Below are positions 7,725-16,528 of a stretch of DNA of 64,000 nucleotides, one piece after another. The position numbers and the translations under genes were made by a program. How positions within the stretch are numbered: the stretch's first letter is position 1; each line of letters begins with the position of its first letter. The notes beneath the pieces were generated by a model, which did not search any database, was not told the DNA's origin, and was given only the letters and a program-made list of their open reading frames with translations. Origin of the DNA: an uncultured Candidatus Saccharibacteria bacterium (GTDB lineage: Bacteria; Patescibacteriota; Saccharimonadia; Saccharimonadales; UBA4665); NCBI GenBank assembly GCA_964478195.1, contig CAYZGW010000002.1, positions 1,109 through 65,108 on the forward strand, written 5' to 3'.

Positions 7725-9194
7725 CTAAATCCTCTTGGTTTTTGGTTCCCCATCCGTAGGTAGTACTAATGTATGTCCACCGTAAACTAAGGCTTTTGGT
7801 TGTCTATTTAGATTTCTATCGACGGCCGTAGAACCGTATGACTGGACATACGCTCCCAGTCTTGCCGATTGTCCGGACGCAGGTGGCGTGGCTTTCGCAT
7901 CGTCAATTTGTGCCCCAGTAGGCCTGAAAGCAGACCATGTTTCTGTGCGGCGCATCCGTACCGCGCTACCTTCTCGTATTTCATCTCGTATTTCACTACG
8001 GTGCCGTGCTTTTTGCAAATCATGGCCTTGGTCGAGCATCTCGAGATCGTCACGACTTGGATCGGCGGCACGTAACATTTCATTCGTCCAGTCAAGGGCC
8101 GGTAGGCCGTATGCACCATGAATCGCCCGCTTTTTCACTGCCCACTCAACCCCTCTGCGGCTAAGCTTCTTAATGTCTCCCTCTTTGAGCTCTGCGATAA
8201 CCGCTTTCCATTCTTCGACTACGATCTTATCTTCAGCTGTTAGTAAGCCTCGCTCTGCCAATTCATGTGCTCTATCGATTAATGATTCGTGAGCATTAAT
8301 TGAGCTAATACCGGATATGGGTGCTGATAGGTCTCCATATGCGGTCCGCCACGCTAAGCGAAGAAGTGCCTCATTATTCAAGCTAATCGTTGGTGGTATT
8401 CCATTACTAATCATTTTAGCCACAAGAAGACCCGTGCCTCTGTCCATGAACTGGGCCCACGGTGATGTATGCGCATCCGGTGAAGTGTCACGCAGCATAG
8501 TTTTTAGCGTACCATCGGAAGGTAAGTTAGTACGTATGTCAACTAAGGCCGTAGGATTCATATACCCACCATAGATCTCTCTAATATGCGGGACCCTTTG
8601 ATGCCTTGCGTACGTTACCTGATTACGAGGATAGAAGACGCCGCCAGCTCCAAGAAATGAGGCGTTAGTGGCGCGGTGTAATGCAGCTAGGACTAAGGAT
8701 TCTGGGTTAAAGGCACCCGTTTCATTTCTAAACGGCACAATATACTTATTAGTGTATGTCCGTACTGCGTAGTCCCCGAAGCCTGGCAGGGATCTACCGA
8801 GGTCAGGTGTACTGGGGTCAAGTGATCGTTTGTGTAATGAATACGCAGCAATAGTCCCCTCATTGACCGCCCCATCAAACATATCAATAATATGTTGTTC
8901 ACCAGCCTGCTCCCCGACGACAGACTCCGTAGCTGTGGCGTACATCGGTGTATGGTACGTTATCGTTTGACCGTCGTATAGGGTAACATGTCCCCCATTT
9001 GACAGATAAAAGGTATGCGCCTGGTCGTGTGTTGGCGCTGGTTCATGCAACGTCGGCTTATCGGCAATCCAGGCTTGAAGTATTTCGCGCTGGAGGCCAT
9101 CACCAGGTAGGGTCAGGTCATCCTCGGGCGATTTGCTTACATACACAGAAAACTGTGTAGCATTTCCGACTTCATAAGCCGCATCTCTTGCCAT
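7725..9194 (-). CDS. Divergent Pup-ligase/deamidase (PafA/Dop) family homolog (carboxylate-amine ligase fold); function uncertain
   Basis: Blocks collinear with PafA/Dop: FYLSNGGHVTLYDGQTITYHTPMYATATE, FLGAGGVF, TALVDIRTNLP, GTGLLVAKMISNG, VEWAVKKRAI. Some catalytic-region motifs are degenerate. The ORF itself is solid (489 aa, no competing frame). Confidence 0.55.
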   Translation of the reverse strand: MARDAAYEVGNATQFSVYVSKSPEDDLTLPGDGLQREILQAWIADKPTLHEPAPTHDQAHTFYLSNGGHVTLYDGQTITYHTPMYATATESVVGEQAGEQHIIDMFDGAVNEGTIAAYSLHKRSLDPSTPDLGRSLPGFGDYAVRTYTNKYIVPFRNETGAFNPESLVLAALHRATNASFLGAGGVFYPRNQVTYARHQRVPHIREIYGGYMNPTALVDIRTNLPSDGTLKTMLRDTSPDAHTSPWAQFMDRGTGLLVAKMISNGIPPTISLNNEALLRLAWRTAYGDLSAPISGISSINAHESLIDRAHELAERGLLTAEDKIVVEEWKAVIAELKEGDIKKLSRRGVEWAVKKRAIHGAYGLPALDWTNEMLRAADPSRDDLEMLDQGHDLQKARHRSEIRDEIREGSAVRMRRTETWSAFRPTGAQIDDAKATPPASGQSARLGAYVQSYGSTAVDRNLNRQPKALVYGGHTLVLPTDGEPKTKRI

Positions 9195-9352
9195 TGGTTA
9201 TGTATAACAAGATTTTTACGTCTTTGCAACGTGAGCTAGGCACCTACTTGCTTACAGCAGAAGGGTCAAGAGGCAGTCCAGGGATGGGTATAGTGCTAAA
9301 AATCCTTGAGTATTAGGTCGTTATACGACAGAAGCGATATACTAGGTAATAT

Positions 9353-10138
9353 ATGCAAGTCACGCCTAAGGCCGATGCGGTCCTTCATCAGAAATTACCG
9401 ATTGATGCCGACGAGAAAATCCTAGCTGTATATAAACACCACTGGTTTGCTTATGCTAGCAGCTGGATGGTTGGCTTAGTGATAGCAGTTGCAGTGGTAG
9501 CACTCGCTGCTGCACTCACTGCCGTCGGTGGACCTGACGGTACGCTTGTACAGGATCGTTATCAAATTATAGCCGCAGCCAGCGTTTTTTCGCTACTAGT
9601 CCTGGCTGCTACCTGTATACCAGTATATCTGCGCTCACAGGAGCAGGTAGTGCTTACGGAAGAGGCATTGGTGCAGGTGCTGCGGCCAACACTATTCGCA
9701 AATAAGATTGATCAGCTAAGCCTAAGGCACATTAGCGACGTATCAGTAACTCAAGACTTCTTAGGCACTATGTTTGGTTTTGGTCATATTACGGTCGAGA
9801 CGCCGGGTGAGCAGAACAATTATCGTTTTTCTACCCTTACAGACCCCCATGAGTCGGCTCGGGAAATTATTGCCGCGCATGAAAACTTCGACGCCGCACT
9901 GCATTCTGGTCGTATGCCTACCACCATGGAAAGGGTCGCACAGCTACCGCCGCAGGTATCAACAATAGACCCCGAGCAATATCAGCAGTTTTTACAATAT
10001 CAGCAGATGGTCGCCCGTCAGCAGCAAGGACAACAATTTGGTGGTACCCCGCCTGCTGGCCAGCCGGGCGTGATGCCGCAGAACAACGCTCCTACAGAAG
10101 CTACCTTGCCGCCACAAGATCCCACGAGCCAACAGTAA
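9353..10138 (+). CDS. Membrane protein with bacterial PH (bPH_2, YdbS/YdbT-like) domain and Q/P-rich C-terminal tail
   Basis: DEKILAVYKHHWFAY followed by two TM helices, then ISDVSVTQDFLGTMFGFGHITVET, typical of bPH_2. The tail is low-complexity QQ/PP-rich and ends ...DPTSQQ. Confidence 0.6.
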   Translation: MQVTPKADAVLHQKLPIDADEKILAVYKHHWFAYASSWMVGLVIAVAVVALAAALTAVGGPDGTLVQDRYQIIAAASVFSLLVLAATCIPVYLRSQEQVVLTEEALVQVLRPTLFANKIDQLSLRHISDVSVTQDFLGTMFGFGHITVETPGEQNNYRFSTLTDPHESAREIIAAHENFDAALHSGRMPTTMERVAQLPPQVSTIDPEQYQQFLQYQQMVARQQQGQQFGGTPPAGQPGVMPQNNAPTEATLPPQDPTSQQ

Positions 10139-10157
10139 ACTCTACGGCTAGCTTGGG

Positions 10158-10466
10158 CTACTCGTGGAACGGATTTTGCCGTGCACTATCAAATAGCGAT
10201 TGCACGTTCACGCTATTATCTTGCAGGTTCTGAATCTTTTGCACGGTAGCTGCGTCGATATGAGGCTGGGCTACAGTTTGAGCGGACTCTTCGCTAGTAT
10301 TAGCAGGCGTATTGCTAAAAACGTTGATGCGCCACACGATAAAGCCATATAAGCTTGCGACCAACAAAAAGAAGATGAACGCCCGGTAGGCGTTTGCTTT
10401 GCGCGTGAGGCCCGCGAGCTGGCCCGGAATATCATTTACATTTAAGTGGATTTCACTGTTTTTCAT
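10158..10466 (-). CDS. Small single-pass membrane protein, last gene of the pilM-N-O operon
   Basis: 102 aa with one TM (AFIFFLLVASLYGFIVW). Its start overlaps the pilO-like stop by 4 nt. Confidence 0.5.
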   Translation of the reverse strand: MKNSEIHLNVNDIPGQLAGLTRKANAYRAFIFFLLVASLYGFIVWRINVFSNTPANTSEESAQTVAQPHIDAATVQKIQNLQDNSVNVQSLFDSARQNPFHE

Positions 10467-11065
10467 GGCTTTATAAACTCATTTATCACTAGGGTAAAAG
10501 CTACTTTGGCGGGACTTTTGGGGTCGGGGCTGACAGTGATGCCGCTTACTTGGGCGGTACGGCGATTTTGCTCGAGCTTATCCAGGAAAGCTAAGAACTG
10601 GCCGTAAGTGACCTCGTCGGCGCTGGCAACAGTTATAGTTAGTTGTAGCTGATAAACGCCAGCCATACCTTTTACAGGGGTTAACTGCGTGAGATTTGGA
10701 TTAGCTTTGACGGTTGGAGCGATTGTGCCGAGTGATGAAGTGGGGAAGGTAATCGATGATAGCTTTGGGATGCCACTCTGGGAAGCTAAGTTAACAATTT
10801 CGCGTACCGCCTCTGCCTGGTCTTTGTCTTGGGGCACAATGGTCTCAGCAATGGTATTCAAATCGCTGTATTTGGCAACATCTTGTTTATTTTTGATGAG
10901 CGAGGTTTGTAACGCATCTAAGGCGGCGCTGTCGCCGCGAAGTTTAGCGAGTTTTGTGGCTCGGCTGCTCATGAGTTTGTTGGCGCCGTATGCAACACCT
11001 AGGAAACTGCCAAACATTAAGACGAGTGAAACGCTAAGTACAAGATAGAGCTGCTTGGCCTTCAT
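10463..11065 (-). CDS. pilO: PilO-like type IV pilus assembly protein
   Basis: N-terminal TM, a coiled-coil segment, and its position after pilN with a 4-nt overlap. The sequence-level match is weak. Confidence 0.55.
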   Translation of the reverse strand: MKAKQLYLVLSVSLVLMFGSFLGVAYGANKLMSSRATKLAKLRGDSAALDALQTSLIKNKQDVAKYSDLNTIAETIVPQDKDQAEAVREIVNLASQSGIPKLSSITFPTSSLGTIAPTVKANPNLTQLTPVKGMAGVYQLQLTITVASADEVTYGQFLAFLDKLEQNRRTAQVSGITVSPDPKSPAKVAFTLVINEFIKP

Positions 11066-11667
11066 GATTTATTGCCCTTTACGTCATTGATGAACAGGAA
11101 GGGGTTGTTCTGAGCAAATAGCGCACGAAGAGTAACAGTGCAGGGGTAGGCAGTATTGCCGCCGCCTTCTGTCCCACCGCAAGATATACTCACAATATCA
11201 GCTTTGCTAAAGATCTGGTTTTTGGGATCGGCCAAGTTCACTTGCAGTTGTGTGGCAGTATTGTAATCAGTAGTTTGGGCTGTTATGTCGATTCCACCTT
11301 GTGTTTGAGTGATGGCTAAATTTGTAAGTATGGCGTTACTAGGCATGACGCTTGCTAATTGTTTAAGTAGCTTGGAAAAGAGAATCTCCTGAGATAATAC
11401 TTGTACGACCAGCTTTAGATTATTTGATATAGTGCCAACTTGCTTTTGTACGTTTGCGAGGTGCTGAACCGCCAGCAGTTTATTGGTGCTGTCGATTTGT
11501 TGGGACGTGCTATTAATAGAGTGATTGAGGTATAGATAGCCACCGCCGGCCAGAAGTATGCCACCGGTCAGCGTGATTATGCACGCTGTGCACCACCTAA
11601 GTAGCGTACGATTGCGTCGTGCATAGCGATAAGCAGCCTTGGTTTCGGGTGGCAACAAATTGATCAT
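11062..11667 (-). CDS. pilN: PilN-like fimbrial assembly protein
   Basis: MINLLPPETK...RRNR followed by a TM helix is the PilN N-terminal signature. It overlaps pilM by 4 nt. Confidence 0.65.
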   Translation of the reverse strand: MINLLPPETKAAYRYARRNRTLLRWCTACIITLTGGILLAGGGYLYLNHSINSTSQQIDSTNKLLAVQHLANVQKQVGTISNNLKLVVQVLSQEILFSKLLKQLASVMPSNAILTNLAITQTQGGIDITAQTTDYNTATQLQVNLADPKNQIFSKADIVSISCGGTEGGGNTAYPCTVTLRALFAQNNPFLFINDVKGNKS

Positions 11668-12740
11668 GCAAACACCTCTTGAGGACTGGTAGAGGCGAGT
11701 CCGGTAGCGGTTACATAGGACATACGCTCGGTTACGTTAAACGGCTGTAGATGACCAAAATCTAAGTATGAAGTAGGGTCAAACGCTCGGACGGCTAGGC
11801 GTACATTGCTGGTAAGGTACTCGACGAGTCCAGGCATGTTTGCGCCACCACCGGCAATAATGACCTGGGAGATTTTACGCTTATCATGAGCGTGTTCTTC
11901 GTAGTAGCGCACGGTGCGCTTGATTTCTTTGATCAAAAGACTAAGCGTTGGTGTTAGCGCCTTTTCTATCTGGGCTTGTTTTTTACTGAGGCCCAAGCCG
12001 TATTTTGCTTTTATGAGCATTGCTTCCTTTTCGGTAACTTTCAGCTCCTGAGCTATGGCAGCGGTAAGGAGGTCACTACCACAGGCTACGGTACCGCTAA
12101 TAGCCGGTCCATGGTCATACACGGTGATGTCGGCGCTATTACTGCCGAAATCAATTAGCAGTGACGGGATGTCGCTTTGCGCGTCACGTGCAAATAAATG
12201 AGCGCCGGCACCGCTGGAGGTCTGTATGGCTACGGCTTCTAGGCCTAAAAGATGGGGAAGCACTAAGTAGGAGTCAATAATGCGCTTAGGCATGGCAACG
12301 ATAAAAACATTAGTCTGGTCGTTATCAGTGCCAGCGCGAACGTAGTCTAGATACAGATCATCAAGTGCGGCTGGTACATATTGCTCGGCTTCATTTTGGA
12401 CGGCTTCAGCCAGCTCTTTATCGTTTAGTTTTGGCGTTTCCATAGAATGGGTAAAAGCTTGAGCTATAGGCACCGAAAGCACCACACGGTTAGTAGTAAT
12501 ATCGCCAATCAGATGATGCTTAAAAAGACCTAAAACTGCTTCGGCTATAACTTCGGGCGCTACAATAACACCATCCTTGATGGCATTTGAGTCAAAAGTG
12601 GTTTCCCCGTAGCCAACAATTTTTAAGCGTCGCTTGTCAGAGGTAAGCTGCATGACCCGAACTTTTCCATGGCCAATATCAAGCCCAAAGAGTGGCTTGT
12701 CCTCGAATAACAATGGTAGTTTGTTTGTCATCTTGCCCAC
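11664..12740 (-). CDS. pilM: Type IV pilus assembly protein PilM (actin-like ATPase fold)
   Basis: FGLDIGHGKVRVMQL, LLIDFGSNSADITVY and IIAGGGANMPGLVEYL are the PilM/FtsA-like phosphate motifs. Confidence 0.85.
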   Translation of the reverse strand: MGKMTNKLPLLFEDKPLFGLDIGHGKVRVMQLTSDKRRLKIVGYGETTFDSNAIKDGVIVAPEVIAEAVLGLFKHHLIGDITTNRVVLSVPIAQAFTHSMETPKLNDKELAEAVQNEAEQYVPAALDDLYLDYVRAGTDNDQTNVFIVAMPKRIIDSYLVLPHLLGLEAVAIQTSSGAGAHLFARDAQSDIPSLLIDFGSNSADITVYDHGPAISGTVACGSDLLTAAIAQELKVTEKEAMLIKAKYGLGLSKKQAQIEKALTPTLSLLIKEIKRTVRYYEEHAHDKRKISQVIIAGGGANMPGLVEYLTSNVRLAVRAFDPTSYLDFGHLQPFNVTERMSYVTATGLASTSPQEVFA

Positions 12741-12793
12741 ATTTTTAGCATAAGCTTTTTCCTAGTATAGCATTCAGGGGCAGTACAGGGGAA

Positions 12794-14218
12794 CTAAAGA
12801 ATTTGCTGATAGCTTGAAATGGTCCAGGTTTTAGAGCCAGACGATAGGGTGGTGCCAAACACTACGGTGCCTGCCCCCGAAAGGTCAACGGTTTGGCCGG
12901 CGGCTGCGCCCACGTTACCGCTGCCGGAGAGCGAAACCTTGCTCCAGTATGCATCAAATACCATGCCAGCCAGGTTGACGGCGCCACCAACACTAATGTT
13001 TTGCTGAATCTGAGAATTGTACAGGTTGGTGCCGGTTGGTGTCGACGCCGGATTGCCGGTGGCATTTTTAAAGCTCACGTAGTCAATACCTGCCCCGCTG
13101 GCATTGGCGATCATGCTGGCGGAGCCACCTACGCTAACAGTGCCGTCGACAACAATGATTGGTCTCGTGGTACCAACCCCATCAGCTACTTTGATCTTAG
13201 CGGCGCCACCAACAGAAAGGTTACCTGGAATGTAGATGTTACCCGAAACGATAAAGGTGCAACTGCTAGCCCAGCTTATGCTGGCGCCGGTTAGTTTGAT
13301 GTTTGCAGGAAGGGTAACCGTTTTGTTGCCGCTGCAAGCATAGCTACCACTGGTTCCCGACGCAGTAGTGGTCACGCCACCTATGATGCCCGAGCGATCG
13401 TAATATGGTTGTGAAACACTGGGTGCGGTACAGCCGGCCTTTAGTCCTTGCCCGGTACTACCACCTTGGATGTTATTATTCGGACCCGTGCTAGTTTGGC
13501 CGGTAGCACAGACCGAACCCCACATCTTGGTACTGTAAGCGAGAGATATTGGCTGGCTGCCATCTGTGCACACCGTAGGATAGGTTGACCCAGGGCTTGA
13601 TCCCTTTGGACAAGCGATATTGGCGACATCAACGGTAACTGGATTCGCTTGTGTGCCAATGCTGGCGGCTCCCGTCATGGTTATGGTGCCGTTTACGTAA
13701 ACACTAGAATTAGTAATTGATGCACTGCCGCCTAAAATTAAGCCACCCGGCCCCGTTGACACCGAGTACCCACCCGACGAGGTACCCACCACCGTTACTT
13801 TAACTTTGCGCATACTAACCGGGTGAGTAGTTTGGCCATAATGGTAGGTTGTGCCGATGGCAGTGATAATTTTGGCATTGGTATCATCAGGACTGGCCGC
13901 CACTGTTGCAGTAAACGTCCCGTAGCCCTGCGTAGTGTTATTGAATAAAGTCTGCGGTGTAGCGTAACCGGCAAAGTTATCGTTTTGGTTCAGTTGTTCT
14001 ACTGATTGCTCTACGCCGGCTTCAGCGGCCTGCAGGGAGTTGTTAACGTATACATCATCACTCGCTAGGCGGTATTGGCCCGCGACCGCACTAATCAAAG
14101 TAAAACCGATCACCATGAGCACGGTTGATATAATCAGTGCGCTTACCAAAATCATGCCACGATTGTTGAGTGGCTTCAGCGGCGCTTTGATGCGGGAAGT
14201 GGTGAATCTATTAGCCAT
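12794..14218 (-). CDS. Large pilus-associated protein with PilX-like N-terminal TM helix and G/S/T-rich repetitive body (putative tip/adhesin minor pilin)
   Basis: N-terminus NNRGMILVSALIISTVLMVIGFTLISAV...QAAEAGVEQ resembles the PilX N-terminal domain. The rest is Gly/Ser/Thr-rich with repeated GxxxIxxG-type segments suggesting a beta-helix. Confidence 0.55.
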   Translation of the reverse strand: MANRFTTSRIKAPLKPLNNRGMILVSALIISTVLMVIGFTLISAVAGQYRLASDDVYVNNSLQAAEAGVEQSVEQLNQNDNFAGYATPQTLFNNTTQGYGTFTATVAASPDDTNAKIITAIGTTYHYGQTTHPVSMRKVKVTVVGTSSGGYSVSTGPGGLILGGSASITNSSVYVNGTITMTGAASIGTQANPVTVDVANIACPKGSSPGSTYPTVCTDGSQPISLAYSTKMWGSVCATGQTSTGPNNNIQGGSTGQGLKAGCTAPSVSQPYYDRSGIIGGVTTTASGTSGSYACSGNKTVTLPANIKLTGASISWASSCTFIVSGNIYIPGNLSVGGAAKIKVADGVGTTRPIIVVDGTVSVGGSASMIANASGAGIDYVSFKNATGNPASTPTGTNLYNSQIQQNISVGGAVNLAGMVFDAYWSKVSLSGSGNVGAAAGQTVDLSGAGTVVFGTTLSSGSKTWTISSYQQIL

Positions 14219-14888
14219 TACGGAATACCATCCTTGTTGCGTATTGCGCGGTTATGTCATGGTTGTATTTATGCTGTAGTAAGGTAACGCTAAGCTGAAC
14301 AGAATGGGCAGTTGTGGGGGTTGCTACGGACCCATCGCTGCCATAATATTGCACCGCGAAGGAGCTAACATTGTCCAGCACATCGGCATCGGCGGGACAG
14401 GACGAATTAGCAGCACTAGGGGGGCAGGTAGTAACAGCAGCGTTGCCGCTATTCGGTGCGGCTAATATGCGGCGATATAGACTGCCGCTACTAACGTAAT
14501 AAACAACATTATTTTTAGCGCTGATATAGTCATGCGCATCATCAAAGATAATATTGTGACGACTATCTTGGGCGGCAATAGCAAGCACCAATGTGTTGCT
14601 ATTAGACTGCCAGCTTAGTTCGTCGCTGGGAGCGCCTGGCGCATGGGCGTCTTGCCAGCGGTTGTTATCATCGGCGGAAGTTGCCAGGCGAATATCATTG
14701 GCAACGCGGTTTAAACCTGTTTCGGCATTAGTAAGCAGGTCATATTTGACCGTCTGTTCGGAACTTTGCTGTAGCTTGTCTACCGAAAAGCCAATAATGA
14801 GTCCAGAGATGGCTGTGGTAAGCAGCAGGGCAATCAATAGCTCAACCAATGTAATACCGGCTTGGTTAAGTTGCTTAAGCTCGCTCAC
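14211..14888 (-). CDS. Prepilin-type N-terminal cleavage/methylation domain minor pilin (PilW-like)
   Basis: QAGITLVELLIALLLTTAISGLI is the class III signal/methylation motif; 225 aa. Confidence 0.75.
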   Translation of the reverse strand: MSELKQLNQAGITLVELLIALLLTTAISGLIIGFSVDKLQQSSEQTVKYDLLTNAETGLNRVANDIRLATSADDNNRWQDAHAPGAPSDELSWQSNSNTLVLAIAAQDSRHNIIFDDAHDYISAKNNVVYYVSSGSLYRRILAAPNSGNAAVTTCPPSAANSSCPADADVLDNVSSFAVQYYGSDGSVATPTTAHSVQLSVTLLQHKYNHDITAQYATRMVFRNG

Positions 14889-15274
14889 TGCGTAATTCCA
14901 ATCACACCGATGAGTGAGGTTAGCTCTACGTGACGGGTAGTGCCGTGATCACTGTACGAAATAGTTACGTCAACTCGTTTTAAACCTGTTTGTGGTTCGC
15001 TCACCGCAACGGTGCCCGTACGAGGTCCGGGCAGGGTGGTAGGCAGGCTGCTGGAAAAATCTATGTTTTGGCCGCTGGTCAGACCGTTATAGCTAGTATT
15101 ACGCAGGCTTTCTATTTCTGTTTGGGCGGCATGTGAAGCGCTCTGTAGCCATGCTGTCTGTTCCTGGAGCCTTTGAATGCTTAAATACACTTCCGTAATG
15201 CCAGCAACGGCAAAACCAAGAAACACGATAGTTATTATCACCTCAACAATCGTAAAGCCTGCTTGTTTTTGCAT
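14885..15274 (-). CDS. Prepilin-type minor pilin (PilV-like)
   Basis: MQKQAGFTIVEVIITIVFLG is the cleavage/methylation motif (G|FTxxE); 129 aa. Confidence 0.8.
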   Translation of the reverse strand: MQKQAGFTIVEVIITIVFLGFAVAGITEVYLSIQRLQEQTAWLQSASHAAQTEIESLRNTSYNGLTSGQNIDFSSSLPTTLPGPRTGTVAVSEPQTGLKRVDVTISYSDHGTTRHVELTSLIGVIGITQ

Positions 15275-15351
15275 AATGGCAGTTTGTACCGCTTATCCTT
15301 TGCTGCTCATTATAAAGAAACCTAAGGAGGATGTCTAAGGCAACTATGTCT

Positions 15352-15393
15352 GCTTACTAAATACGGGGCCAAAAGGCCCCGTATTTAGTAAGC
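15352..15393 (-). terminator. Perfect 19-bp-stem hairpin immediately downstream of pilA (putative terminator/attenuator)
   Basis: GCTTACTAAATACGGGGCC aaaa GGCCCCGTATTTAGTAAGC. There is no clear U-tract on the pilA strand. Confidence 0.5.
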
Positions 15394-15404
15394 ATGCGCA
15401 AGTG

Positions 15405-15869
15405 TTAACTGTTGCTGCTCTTGGTGTAGACCGTGCTGCTACCTTCTAGCTGGGCTGTCAGAGTAAAGGCTGTACAGTTGTTGGTTGAGCTGCTGGCTGC
15501 AGTGTTGTCGCAACTTGTACCGCTGGCTACATAACCATACGCTTCCTGTGAGGATGATGATGCGGTACCAAGGACTGATGCGCCCTTAGGGCTTACTAAT
15601 GCCTGTGGGTCAAGGCCCTTCATGCTGGCACTTAAGAACGAAGAGGTCTGTAGGTCTTTAAGTGTTGGATAGTAACCATTCTCGGCAAAGAATGCTTCAA
15701 GGTGACTATCAACCGCATTAATATCTGTTTGTCTTTGACTGTCGCGCGCTTTTTGCTGAATACCGGTGAAAGTCACGATAACCAGAGTCGCCAAGATCGC
15801 GATGACGACGATGACGATCAAAAGTTCCACAATCGTGAAGCCTTTTGACTTATTCTTCAGTGAAACCAT
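15405..15869 (-). CDS. pilA: Major type IV pilin PilA
   Basis: I prefer the internal start MVSLKNKSKG|FTIVELLIVIVVIAILATLVIV (class III leader plus methylation motif). AGGAGG lies at 15880-15885 on the minus strand, 10 nt upstream. The track ORF start at 15968 is an unlikely extension. Confidence 0.85.
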   Translation of the reverse strand: MVSLKNKSKGFTIVELLIVIVVIAILATLVIVTFTGIQQKARDSQRQTDINAVDSHLEAFFAENGYYPTLKDLQTSSFLSASMKGLDPQALVSPKGASVLGTASSSSQEAYGYVASGTSCDNTAASSSTNNCTAFTLTAQLEGSSTVYTKSSNS

Positions 15870-16083
15870 AAGGGCCCACCCTCCTATTTGATAATTTGTT
15901 ATGTTGATTTGCTCTTCGGATACCGCTAGACGCGACAACCACAGTAGCCTAGCGCTCATTATAACCATAAGCAGTGGAACGTCAAGACGGCACGAAATAC
16001 GGCTGCGGAAAGATGCCGGCCTTAAAAGAATGCCAGGATGGTATCAGGACGGATTGTCAATCTAGTGGTATAATGGCGGCACG

Positions 16084-16515
16084 ATGGAGCTTGAAATACG
16101 GGAATTAAACCGAAATACGCCTGAGGCATATGCTGCCGCAGCTATTTGTCAGGCCGAGATATATACAGACAGAGGTCCCTATAGGTTACGCTGGTATGAC
16201 GGCCAGGAAGTGTACGCGGCATTTATACAAGGTGACATGGTAGGCATGTCACAGGTATACCCAGATCCTGCAAATAGAAAAAGCTTCCACGTTGCGAGGC
16301 TGGCTGTTACTAGTGCATTTCAGAGGCAAGGCATCGGTACCGCACTAATTGCACATGCAGCCAATCTTGCTCGCGAACGAGGCTACGAAAAGCTCTCCAC
16401 ATATCCCATAACAGATAGAAGCGAACTATTCTATGCCTCTCAAGGTTTTGAGCAGAAGGATCCGGATGGGTATTTTAAGGATATGTTTCGAAACCTGATG
16501 CTAGACGATAGGTAG
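16084..16515 (+). CDS. GNAT family N-acetyltransferase
   Basis: Motif A LAVTSAFQRQGIGTALIAHAANLARERGY; 143 aa. It sits on the strand opposite the surrounding pil genes. Confidence 0.8.
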   Translation: MELEIRELNRNTPEAYAAAAICQAEIYTDRGPYRLRWYDGQEVYAAFIQGDMVGMSQVYPDPANRKSFHVARLAVTSAFQRQGIGTALIAHAANLARERGYEKLSTYPITDRSELFYASQGFEQKDPDGYFKDMFRNLMLDDR

Positions 16516-16528
16516 CTCTTACGTGCAA

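Noticed and set aside
12819-13659. Several ORFs on both strands inside the 474-aa PilX-like gene
   Set aside because: They are shadow ORFs of a compositionally biased (G/S/T-rich) coding region. The long minus-strand frame, with its pilin-like N-terminus, is the coherent one.
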